A stretch of DNA of 64,000 nt, from the NCBI RefSeq assembly GCF_001194135.2, contig NC_068986.1, positions 41,198,661 through 41,262,660 of the forward strand, written 5' to 3'. The notes beneath the pieces are model-generated. The model searched no databases, was not told the DNA's origin, and saw only the letters and a program-made list of their open reading frames with translations. Of this stretch, positions 53,205 to 64,000 are shown piece after piece. Position 1 is the stretch's first letter. Each line of letters begins with the position of its first letter. The translations under genes and the position numbers were made by a program. Origin of the DNA: Octopus bimaculoides (Eukaryota).

Positions 53205-53358
53205 ATTTTTTTTATCCTTTACAGTCATTGGATTGTGACCTTGCTGGAGCACCACACTAAAACCTCAAAGCTTCAGTCAAATTTAGTGATTGTAGTATTT
53301 CGTTGGGTCACATAGTATTTTGTTTGCAACCACCTCTCTCTCTCTCTCCCTCCCCCCG

Positions 53359-53393
<35 letters not shown>

Positions 53394-53520
53394 AACAATC
53401 TTCCATGCAGTTTCCTCTGGAAAATTTCACTCATGAAGCATTAATTAGCCAGGATGTTGCACAAATTGATTGAACTTGAAACCAAGTGTTTGTGAAGGGA
53501 ACTTCTTAGACACACAGCTA
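53205..53520 (-). mobile_element. SINE family A, degraded
   Basis: cagtcattggattgtgaccttgctggagcacc ... gaacttgaaaccaagtg...ttagacacacagc. Confidence 0.5.
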
Positions 53521-53974
53521 TTCCTGTAAAAGTTTCATGAATATTTCCTCTCTGTAAACAGAGCAATGAATACAATTAAATATATAGATTTAGAAATGCA
53601 GAATTCTTCATATAGAAACAGAATATAGACGTGGAGTGTAGGGCTTTAAAGAGAAAATTATATTCAGGAAGATGCCTGTCTGCCACAAGATGTAAATCAG
53701 TGACATGAAAGATGGTTTTCAAATCTCCACCATCATCTCTCTCTCTCTCTCTCTCTGATTATCTCTTTCTCTCTAACTCTCTTTCTCTCCTTTCTTTTCC
53801 AACTGGGGTATCCATGTATCTCCTCTACAGCAAGACACCTATCTCTGTCCTTCATTTATACTTTTAACCTCTAATCAACTGGCACAAAGCCACTTCTGTT
53901 AATACTACTCCACCCCCACCAACCGAGGGTCTTTGTCTTGTGACAAAGTTATCCTGCTAGTACCATGAAAAAAG

Positions 53975-54149
53975 CAACAGTACACTCTGTAAAATAGTTG
54001 GCATTAGGAAGAGCATCCATCCATAGAAACCATGCCAAATCAAACAAAAGAGCTTGGCACAGTCTCACTGACTTGCTGGCTCCAGTTAAACCATCCAGTC
54101 TATGCCAGCATGGAAAATGGAAATTAAAGGCTGATGATGATGATGATGT
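53975..54149 (+). mobile_element. Retroposon family C, 3' tail
   Basis: gttggcattaggaagagcatcc...ccagcatggaaaatgg...gatgatgatgatgatg. Confidence 0.75.
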
Positions 54150-54404
54150 ATCCTGTTTGACATTTTCACTTTAATATTTCTTATAAACAGTTTATAACCT
54201 CTACCATGGAATATGAGTTTTTTTAAAAAAACAACTTTGTCATGTTGTATCAGAACACACCTTCTTACAAAATTTCTTAAATGCTCCTATAACTACTTTT
54301 CTTTTCTTTAATATTTTGAGTGCATGTGTGGTAAAAGTTTTATTTTGGTGGTAGTGGTGGTGGGGTTCTTAACCAAAGGTAGCTTTTGATATTTTTTTTT
54401 ACCC

Positions 54405-55780
54405 ATTTTGTCTTTATTTTTACCAGCTCTATGACTTGGTATGATTAATTTTTTTATTATATTACAATGTTTACAACAGCACAGTTAATGTTAGTTTTGA
54501 CACTCCTTTTCCTCCTCAATCCTCAAATCATATGTTTTTCAAAAGGATAGGGCCTGATGATCAGTCATTGTCAATTATTTGCTGAATCACTATTACTGTT
54601 AATAAGATTATTTTACACTTTACTACTATTAAATATATTTTTATTTATAACACTGTTTGACTTAACAACCCCAACATTTCAGTTATTTCATTCGTGCACA
54701 TTTAGAGACACCTATAAAAGCATGATTTTCAGAATTGGTCATATTCATCGTGTTAAATCATCATCATCATTTAATGTCTGTTGTTCATGCTGGTATGGGT
54801 TGGAAGGCTTGACTAGGGCTGACAAGCTGGAAAGCAGCACCAGACTCCAGTTTGATTTGGCATGGTTTCTATTAATGGATGACCTTCATAATGACAACCA
54901 CTCTGAGAGTGTAATGGGTGCTTTTACATACCACTGGCTCAGGTGCTATTTGTGTGACTCTAGTATATTCCACAACTGCAATTTTACTTGGCATGATGGG
55001 TCTTCTTCTCTAGCACGGCATAATTATAAAATACATGGTAAACTGCAATCCAGTTTTATAAAAGGTGCACTATTAAGTATGCAACAAAAGCCAAGTGGCT
55101 AATAAGTTATGAGCTTGTGGGTTGATGTCATTGAACAGTATCTTGGTCAAGTGGCTTACCCTAAACTATAGGTAACTCTTTTGACTGCAATTGGATAGAT
55201 GGGAACTGTGTTGAGGTCCATTGAATGACTGATTGTACTTGTAATGTGTGTGTGTATACACATACAAGTGCAGTCAGTCATTCAGTGGACCTCAGCACAG
55301 TTTCTATCTATCCAATTGCACTCAAAAGATTTGAGTTGCTCATGATTTTAGGTAAGTCACTTTCCTCAAGATACTGTGCAATGCAATCAACTCACGAGCT
55401 CATAATTTATTAGCCACTTAGCTTTTATTACATACTTAGTAGTGCTCCTTTTATAAAATAGGATTGTAGTTTTCCATGTATTTTTTATATATACATATAT
55501 ATAAAATACAATGTTATGCAACCAATTCTGAAAATATGCTATACATATAATTATATTTAATAGTAGCAAAGTGTAAAATAATCTTATTAACAGTAATAGT
55601 GACTCGGCAAGTAACTGAAAGTGATTTGTCACCAGGGTTCTATCCTTTTGAAAAATATATACTTGGAAGATTGAGGAAGAAAAGGAGTGTCAAAAATAAC
55701 ATTAACCATGTCATTGTAAACATTGTACGATAATAAATTAATCACACCTAGTCAGGGAACTGGTAAAATAAGGACAAAAT
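54405..55780. repeat. Long spacer-less palindrome (foldback), ~520-bp arms
   Basis: Hand alignment: 54405-54640 pairs with 55548-55780, 54720-54745 with 55514-55538, and 55026-55256 with 55257-55487. Centre tgtgta|tacaca at 55256/55257. Roughly 85% arm identity. Confidence 0.9.
54757..55022 (-). mobile_element. Retroposon family C inserted in the left arm of the palindrome
   Basis: atcatcatcatcatttaatgtctg...catgctggtatgggttgg...; absent from the right arm. Confidence 0.8.
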
Positions 55781-56295
55781 TTTATGTGTGGATATATATG
55801 TATATATATAAAAACAAACTATTATTTAGACAGTAAAAGAAGTCAACTGTTACAGCAGAAAAGGCTCAAGTTTTCAGGAAATAAAGATACTGAGAAGTAC
55901 TTAAACATTAATGCAGAGTTCTGCATAATATGTCCTTGCATTGACAAGTCCCTTCACATCCAGTAGTTTAATCCCACCTGCAGCAGCAAATGCCATAGTC
56001 TGGCAAATGCTTTACATGCTCTGTACTCACAATGGATTTCCCTCCTTCTTACCATTCTTTCCCCTCTTTACATATATTTCACTTATATTAATGGTTATCC
56101 ACTGATACTCTCCATAAAGTTACTTGCTCTAGCAACTCCTTATAACATACCTTTAGCCCATTTCAGCAGGCAATAAATCACCTTTAGTTTCACCTGATTT
56201 TCCCATACTACAAGGTGCACAATCTAAGCAAGTAGCTCACCCATGTGTGTATATATGTATATGCATGTCTCTATGTATGTATATGGATATGTGTT

Positions 56296-56335
<40 letters not shown>

Positions 56336-56355
56336 CATACATACATACATACATA

Positions 56356-56571
56356 TGAAGGGGTGCTGAAAAGTTCCTGGCTTTTGGTAAAAGAAAATAC
56401 AGGAGGATCAGTTAATTATGATTTTATTCAACATGTTCCCCTCTCAAATTCACACACTTATTGCAGTGGTCCTTCAATTTTTCTAATCCCTGTAAAGGAA
56501 TTTTGAAGGTTGGGCCTCCAGCCAGGCATGTTACAATACTCTTAAAGTCAGGAACTTTTCAGCACCCCTCG
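56356..56571. mobile_element. Mariner-type MITE
   Basis: TA-flanked; ~24-bp TIRs gaggggtgctgaaaagttcctg / caggaacttttcagcacccctcg, a typical mariner TACGAGGGG end. Confidence 0.85.
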
Positions 56572-56880
56572 TACATTTATGTATAATCCCCACATGCACA
56601 AATTGTGTGTGTGTATGTGTATAAAAGCTCTCATTTTGGCTCATTCTTTTTGTTGTGTATGTAGGTAGTGGTCTAGTGAAAATATTTCATATCTTCTACC
56701 ATTATCTCTTTGTGTAAAGTGAACTAAATAAAATATTCTATCATTGAATCATGGTCTGACATTTTTAACCAAGTACTTGATTAGTATTTTATTCTCTCAA
56801 TTTTGGTATAATAAAAATCTAAGTCGATTGATCTCAGTGGGATTTGAACTCTGAACGAAAAAAAAAAAACATATAACTAA

Positions 56881-57102
56881 CCCCTTTGTTACTACATTTC
56901 TGTTCAAATACACTACCATTACTTTAATTTATTTTGAAAATAATGAAGAACAATTGCAAAAACAATTGTCATGTAAAGTAGATGCTTGGAATAGAAATTA
57001 ACATAAAATTTTGATGGAAGTTATAAAATCTAGAACAGTTCAAAACAGGAAGTTTGTATCATAGAACCAGGGGTGGTCTCAGATGAGTTGGAATCAAATG
57101 GA
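56881..57102 (+). mobile_element. piggyBac-like MITE family 2
   Basis: ctaa|cccctttgttac ... ggaatcaaatgga|TTAA. Confidence 0.65.
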
Positions 57103-57474
57103 TTAAACAGAGTAAAGCATTTTGACTCTTTAAGCAATCTGCCAATCCAATGTCCTATGACCAATAAAAATGTTTGAAGTTCTTTATAAGAAAAAGAATT
57201 AGTTAAATAAAATATAATAAAAACTTTATTAGGAATTGTAGTTTTATGAAATGCAATTAATTTTCTTACAAGGGTATGCTCGTCAATTCTAGTAATCACA
57301 GTTTTTCACTACTACTTTATTGACCAGAAAAGTTGAAAGGCAGAGTTCACGTTCCATAAGACTTGATCTTAGAATATAAGGCACCAAAAGAAATGCCACC
57401 TGGCACTTTGTATCATGCTCTATCAATTCTGCTAATTCCCCGCCCATGTTTGTAGTAATAATAGTAATCCTTCC

Positions 57475-57680
57475 TACTAAAAGCACAAGGCCTGAGATTG
57501 TGGGGAGGGGGTGAGTCAATTGCATTGACCCCAGTTTTTCACTGGTACTTAATTTATTGACCCCGAAAGGATGAAAGACAAAGTTGACTTTGGTGCAATT
57601 TCAGTTGAGAACTAGCAACTGGCAAAATACTGCTAAGCATTTTCCCCGACATGCTAACAATTCTGCAACCTTGCTGCCTT
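57475..57680 (-). mobile_element. SINE family B
   Basis: gcacaaggcctgagattgtggg...gaccccgaaaggatgaaagacaaagttgac...gctaacaattctgc. Confidence 0.8.
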
Positions 57681-57879
57681 AATAATAATTATTTTTATTA
57701 CTATTTAGTGTAGGGAGGGGTATGAATAGTAAAAATGGTTTAGTACAGAACTAAACGCTATAAATGGTTTAATATTTGTGTTATAAGTTTAAATTCTGTC
57801 CTGTGTCAACCCAATTGATGATGCCCTTAAAACATAATGTTCTTGTGAAAATTTAATTATCATTTTCTCCATCATCTAA

Positions 57880-58050
57880 GCCAAAGTCGCATATCATATT
57901 GTTTTATCAACCATGTTTCACACTCGAAAGCCTCCATCAAAACCTTTATTCGTAGAATTGCAACTCTCTAGAACTTCCTCTCTGTTCATATTTACCCCAT
58001 AAGCATCAGACTGTGGAAACAGAAGCTAAATAAAAAGTGCATAATCACCA
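57880..58050 (+). pseudogene. CR1/Jockey-type LINE RT C-terminal fragment
   Basis: Translation TFIRRIATL*NFLSVHIYP..IRLWKQKLN resembles the SFxPRTxxLWNxLP..FP..Y.L..FK..VN C-terminus. Confidence 0.4.
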
Positions 58051-58107
58051 GTATGGGAGAGCCTTTAAAGCTATGAGCCCTGCCCCTCCTTCAGGAATTC
58101 ATATATA

Positions 58108-58260
58108 TCATCATTACCATTTAATGTCTGTGTTCCATGCATGCATGAGTTGGACAGGTTGACAGGATCTGGCAAGCCAAAGGACTGCGTTAAGCTCAAG
58201 CATCTGCTTTAGCATGTTTCTATGACTGAATGTCCTTTCTAATGCCAACCACTTTGGAAT
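58108..58260 (-). mobile_element. Retroposon family C tail (purine-rich 58260-58790 may be its 5' extension)
   Basis: catcattaccatttaatgtctgtgttccatgcatgcatgagttgg...ctaatgccaaccac. Confidence 0.7.
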
Positions 58261-59550
58261 ATGTATTGAGGTCACTAATAACTCATAAGATGAGGTCCCT
58301 CAACTGAGTAGGAGTGCAGTATTGAGAGATGTGGTTTTGTACCAGGTGTTGAGTCTAATGCATAACAGAGGAACAAAAACTGATGTTTTGCAATAGAGGA
58401 GATACACAGCTACTCCAGCAGAAAAGGGAGAAAGGATGATGGAGATGAGGTGTCAGGGTATATCATGGCACAAGAAGGTGGGTATGAGAGAAGAGGGGAA
58501 GAAGATCAAGGATGGGTGAATGCATAGGTTCTCAAGACTTGAAGGTGAGTGACAGATGGTTGGAAATGAGAATAGAAGTGAACGCAGTGAATGGTGAACA
58601 CGGGTGGAGGCATAGTCAATGGTGAATCTCAGTTTGAAGGGGAAGATAAAGGTCAGGGAAGAGGAAGTGATGTCACAGTATATAAGGCAGGTAAGAAGGA
58701 CAACTGTAGAATAAAACTAGATAGATGAGAAATAGAAAGATGTGATAGTGCAGAACCAGTTGGTAAACATGCACATGGCTACTCTTAACGTGTTGTCAAT
58801 GCATCATTCTGATTTGTTCCTATGCAATTTCTGTAAGCCTTTCTTTACCTCTATTTTGTAAAACACACATCTTTCTAATTATTAACAATGCATTATGCAT
58901 GAAAACAAGGGCTGCGCAACCGATTAGAATGTTGTCATGTTTTCCATTGGTGATTGAAATTTCTTCAGATTTATTCAGCTGTTTTCCATTTCATGATAAC
59001 GTTTTCAAGATAAAACTCACTTTTTGTCTAGGTACATGCAAGAGCAATCCTACCCATGCAAAATATTGATAAAAATTTCTATTAAAAAAATATATATATA
59101 TCTTTGACCAGATTTTAAGTTTATTTGCCAGTTTTATTTCTTAGCATCATTTTTTCCCCCTGATCTTTTGAGCTTTTCTTTCATAGTTTACTTAGTAAAT
59201 GTGAATACTTTGTATACATTTACTCCTATTTATGTTTACTGATAGAATACTTTTTGATGTCTGTGACACTCATTTGGAGACAAGCCATCTGTTATTTTAT
59301 TTATAATTCTTCTTAGTTTTTTCAAAGCTAAATAAACTGGTAGGACTTAACATTTTCACCCATAATAGCTTGTCTTCAAATAAATTTACTAACATATATA
59401 CTGATTTCCTTTTTAATATATTCTGCAGTGCATTGACATTTATTATTAGAACAGTGGTAATTATTGTAGATGCAACTTGCTACTGCAGACAAGTTAACAT
59501 TCATTGCATAGGCATCTGTGCACACACACATACACACACACACACACACA

Positions 59551-59717
59551 CCATATTTACCCATCTACAAGTCACCCTATTTTATACTTGATTTTAAGTG
59601 AAAAAGAACTCAGGTGCAGCTTACACATGGGGCAAAGCTAAATCTATGAAGGGAAAAAGTTATGTGTCAAGATTTAACTCTAATTTAGGGGTGTTATTTA
59701 TACACGAGTAAGCACAG
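59551..59717. mobile_element. Tc2/pogo-type MITE (CCGTA-like TIRs)
   Basis: Left ccatatttacccatctacaag vs right (rc) ctgtgcttactcgtgtataaa; imperfect TIRs. Confidence 0.45.
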
Positions 59718-61419
59718 TGTATATAATGGTAAAAACATGCTGTGCAACAAAACAGACAAGATCTTATAGGAGTATATGGAATTCACTGTTTCAAGTGCTA
59801 ACTGGACATTGTGATTTCAACACCTCAATGATAGGTGCATACAAACTATTAGGGAATGTGAGTCTTAGACACAAGGAATATATGAGTCTTTAGAATTAAG
59901 CTAAACAGGGAAATGATATATGAGTATAGACTGGTGAATGTAATGCTAAGAGGGAGAAAATGTAGTAAAGCATTCAAACACTGCTTTATGAACACATTGA
60001 AAAGGTTAAACAGCATAATAGGTAGATGGTTGTCTGACTTAAGACACCACTAAGAAAAGAAGGACACAAGAAGCGTAGGTAGACAGAGGTAGAATTACTT
60101 TCTGGAAAAGAACTGGGAACTAGAAAGGGGATGAGTGAAGGTGACAGGAAATGGCAGGAAGGTATTAGAGGGTAAAGACTATTCACAATAGTAAATGAGA
60201 TGGTCTGCCTAGTGTTAAAGATATTATCAATATGGGTGGAGGTGGGGTGCACAGAACACACATACACCATTTCAAAGCCTTGTAATCAAATTACCAATGC
60301 AATACATTTGGAGGGTAGCATTGGCTTTTGGGCTGTGGATGTCATGGAGAGAAATGTTATTTAAAAATTTGAGTAATTTATTTCTTGAATTAAAACAAAT
60401 GTTTTCATTTGAAATGATGATCAAATATGGGCGTTACTTATTTCTCAGTAATTCTCAATAAGGTAAAGCTTTATAAGATGATGGTTTGAAGTGCATTTTA
60501 TAGAGAATATATCTCTTTCTCTTTACTTCATGTTAAGTACTAAAGGCCAGTTTGTTAAAAAAAAGAAAAGAATTTAAACCATTTTTATCCTCACGTTTTC
60601 AACTGCTGGGTCAAAATTACAAACGTTCCTCCTCCCATACTACCCAAAATCACAAAATACCTAACTTTGGACCTCTTTTAGCCTTGAAAATACCACAATA
60701 TAGCTATTGATTTTTGGATAAAAAAATACACTTGACCCTGAATACTTTGAAAAATCAAAAACAAGAAAAACACTTGAGTACTTCTATAGAAAATGCTTAT
60801 TTGACTGAAAGTAAAACTGTAGAATCCAAGGAAATTAGTCTTTGTCAGGTTGATTATAAATATTTCTTGTCCAATTGAATAATTTAATTTACTGAAGAGG
60901 AGAGGTTTAACATTTTGATTTGATAGGTAAAAAATTATTACTCATGCTATTGTTTCATTGAGGAGAACTAGAATTGCTTATTGCTACTATTCTTGTTAAG
61001 AAGTGTAGTTTTATTTATTTACTTTATTTGTTTAATTGAAAGTCTGATTATATTTGTAAATATTGCTTTAGTTATTCAGATATCATACTTTCATATTTGT
61101 TAATATCTTAATACTTTTCTGGTAGGCTGATATGGAAACTTTTTATTAATATTATAAGGTCAGTCCAACTTAGTTGTCTTATACAGATTCATAATTGTCT
61201 TTTCAAATCTCAGTATTATCTGGATATATTTGATAGAAAAATGGGAAAAAAAAGGTTTTTGTTGGGGTTGGTCTTTATAGGTTGTTGCATAGTTATGTTT
61301 GGTACATGAAGTAGGTATAAGATAAATTTTGTCTTCCGGTAAAATGTCAAGCTATCTTAGCTTCGGGGTACCACTCCTCAAATATTTTGTATCCAACAGC
61401 TAAGTTAACTGAAACCCAA

Positions 61420-61641
61420 ACATATTTTTGTTACTATGATTTCTATTGAAGCACACTGCTTTTAATTTCAATTAATTTTGAAAATAATGAAGAATTTAAT
61501 AAAAATAAGTTTATATTAAGCTGGTGTTTGGAAAAAGATTAACAAGAAACTTTGATGAAAGGTTTTAATTTATATCATTTAAAACAGAAAATTTGCATCA
61601 TAGAACCATGGGAGGTTTTAGGCAGGTTAGTATCAAAAGGG
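61420..61641 (+). mobile_element. piggyBac-like MITE family 2
   Basis: tttttgttac...ttcaattaattttgaaaataatgaagaattt...gtatcaaaaggg|ctaa. Confidence 0.65.
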
Positions 61642-62379
61642 CTAAATACACAAAGACATATCTGCAGTAGATTTGAATTCAGTACTTAGTAGTTGGTGTT
61701 CCAGTATCATATCCACATGACTATCTTGTGATGTCTGTATCAAAAAACTATATGCTAGAAATCTTTCTTTCTACTAATTTTTTGACATTTTTCAAATACA
61801 TTAATTCTGTGCTGCTAAGACATTTAATTAGATTTGTCAAAGATTATTAGAGAGGATATTGCAATACGTTGCCTGCACAGGAACAATTAAACCAGTTATC
61901 AAGTTAATAGTATTATTTGTTGTGTTTGAAAACTATAGGATTGAATCAGAAATTCAGAGTTGAATATTTCTCAAGATACAAAACACAAGTTTCCATGTCA
62001 TTTCAACCTCCCCCATTTCACACCTTGTTGATTGGCCACATTTTTCTTTTCTATGATGTGGTGTTGGTACTGATCAGTGTCACAATTCATTATTATAATG
62101 CTGCAAATACACTTTCACTGTAATATTAAAAGAAACTTTTCCTTTTATCTTAATCTTTCTCTCTTTCTATGCTACTTTTATTCCTGAACTTGTTATTCTC
62201 ATACTAATGACATTCTTCTACCCACATCTTCCATCACAATTCAAATCCATTCTTAGTGTTTTTTAAAATTTTTATATATGTTTATTTTGGATAGAACACT
62301 TAATTCTACATTCTTCCAGCCAACTGGCCACTGGAGAACCAGTAGCAGGTCTTCTAGAATAGCTTAAAACTATTTTGTA

Positions 62380-62560
62380 TAGCAATATCTATGTACTTAA
62401 AGTGTCAGTTTCTCAACCACATGGTTTCAAATTCAGTCCACACTGTGTGGCATCTTAAGCAAATGTCTACTTTAGTTTCAAGCCAACTGATACTTCATGA
62501 GCAAATATTCATAGGCAGAAACTATGTGTACTTGAGTGTTTCTCTTGGCACCAGCATTAG
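62380..62560 (+). mobile_element. SINE family A head (degraded)
   Basis: caaccacatggtttcaaattcagtccacactgtgtggcatcttaagcaaatgtctact. Confidence 0.6.
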
Positions 62561-62599
62561 AGAAGTTACAAGGCAATCTTCACTAGTGCCACCAAAAAA

Positions 62600-62750
62600 A
62601 AAAAATACCCATTGCACTTTGTAGAAAGATTAACATTAAGGACATCCAACTGTAAAAACTGTCAAACTTCACATTAGAGCATGACACAGCATTTTGATTC
62701 ACTACATCCTGTTGACTGGTTCAACCCATGCCAGAATAGCATGGTGATGA
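62600..62750 (+). mobile_element. Retroposon family C tail (degraded)
   Basis: cattaaggacatccaactgtaaaaac...caacccatgccagaatagcatggtgatga. Confidence 0.6.
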
Positions 62751-62984
62751 TTTTATAACTATCTATATAGATATTATATATATATTATACAATGATTTTA
62801 TATCTATTTATATAAATGAGGATAAAGTCATTATTAAAAATACCGATCTTATCAGGTGACCAGCATGGGAATAAAAACCTCAAAAGGTAATAATTATTAT
62901 AAAAATTATAATTAAGGGTATCTAAGAGATACCACCATGCTTGAAATAGCAGCCAAAACTTGACTCTAAAACCACATTTTGTAC

Positions 62985-63145
62985 ATCACAAAATTGTACA
63001 TGTTGAATAAATATGTAAGAAATTTCCTATTAGAAATTCTTCAGACCAAAGAACCAAATAATGCCACTATTATTTGATTCTCTGTCTGAAGAGTTTCTAA
63101 TAAGAAATTTCTTACACATTTATCCAACATGTACAACTTTGTGAT
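62985..63145. repeat. 161-nt hairpin / palindromic element (77-bp arms, 6-nt loop)
   Basis: 62985-63062 pairs with 63069-63145 with 7 substitutions and 1 bulge; loop gccact. Confidence 0.9.
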
Positions 63146-63354
63146 TCCTATTAGCTAATGAAACATATGTAGTGGTGAATAAATAATACCAACAAATTTT
63201 CTGACTTCCTATTTTATATAACTCTGCAAAAAATATTTCCAGAATTTTAAACTCTATTATGTACCTCACATAAATACAATTGCATACTGGATTGTAATAC
63301 TGTTATAAGCAGATGTACATCAAGAAGACACAACTTGGATTTTAACCATCTTAC

Positions 63355-63355
<1 letters not shown>

Positions 63356-63403
<48 letters not shown>
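63356..63403. repeat. (TA)n microsatellite
   Basis: Directly visible. Confidence 0.95.
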
Positions 63404-63408
<5 letters not shown>

Positions 63409-64000
63409 TCATTAGAATACACATATCTGAATTTAATGCTGAGTTTACCAATAATATATCAACACATTGGGATGTAGTTCCTTGAAGTTCTCACCCTGAC
63501 AAAATGTTCAATTAACTATATTCATTATGAATCTCTAATTTAATTTTTCAAATTTGAATTAATTCAGCATGGAAACAATTGTAGGAACTGTGAGTTTGAT
63601 ATTGTTCAAAATTGGATTTGTTTCAATAACTTTATGTCTGCATATCAATTTCTCCATTTTCTTCTTTTCTCTCTCTCTCTCACTCACACACACACACACA
63701 CACACACACATTGTGTGCAGCTTGGTGGAAAAAAGTGACCAACAGAATAAGTACCTGAGTCAATTTGATTGATTCAACTCGAGGCAGTATCCCAGTTTGG
63801 CCTTAGTGTAAAGACTGAAATATGCAAAACCAATGGAATAGGTTAAGAGATTACCAGACTGGATATGCTTGTGCTTACAGTTCTTGTGAGCACCAACTCT
63901 GATTTTCATTATTTCAGACTCATTAACCTGAATATGAGTAATATGTACTAGCAATCAATCTAATCAACACTGTAGTGTGTGATTAGCCAAGAGAATTCTT

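Noticed and set aside
54557-55632. Two ORFs sharing the peptide ESLLLLIRLFYTLLLLNI on opposite strands
   Set aside because: A consequence of the palindrome; the 181-aa ORF runs through a SINE. Not a gene, but it helped confirm the inverted repeat.
55880-56240. Possible LINE ORF2 remnant on the - strand
   Set aside because: Many stops and no motif I can match with confidence.
63085-63110. CTGAAGA...GAAA hammerhead-like core inside the 161-nt hairpin
   Set aside because: No pairable stem II closing pair and no stem III/NUH cleavage site.

Overview
AT-rich, repeat-dense eukaryotic genomic DNA from a gapped draft assembly, with five N-gaps all flanked by microsatellites. The SINE/MITE repertoire and microsatellite load point to a coleoid cephalopod, most likely Octopus (inferred from recalled repeat families, not from a database search). 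I find no complete protein-coding gene, rRNA, true tRNA or CRISPR array; the supplied ORFs are almost all microsatellite or gap artefacts. The best-supported layout is an ~11-kb CpG-retaining domain (~7.8-18.9 kb) holding candidate first exons of an unidentified + strand gene (ATG at 9973, MDENNLIVIGSD, then a GTAAGG donor), followed by >45 kb of CpG-depleted, probably intronic sequence. That sequence is filled with several tRNA-derived SINE families, piggyBac-, mariner-, pogo- and hAT-type MITEs, and decayed transposase/LINE fragments, including nested insertions with recognisable TSDs. The most unusual features are (i) a spacer-less ~1.4-kb palindrome (54405-55780, ~520-bp arms) whose inner-stem mismatches are mostly G.U-compatible on the + strand, (ii) a 161-nt hairpin (62985-63145) whose mismatches are all transitions, and (iii) an array of ~65-nt double-hairpin units inside a retroposon family. 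These are candidate dsRNA/ADAR or endo-siRNA substrates; none is proven functional. Repeat boundaries are by-eye estimates unless a TSD is cited.
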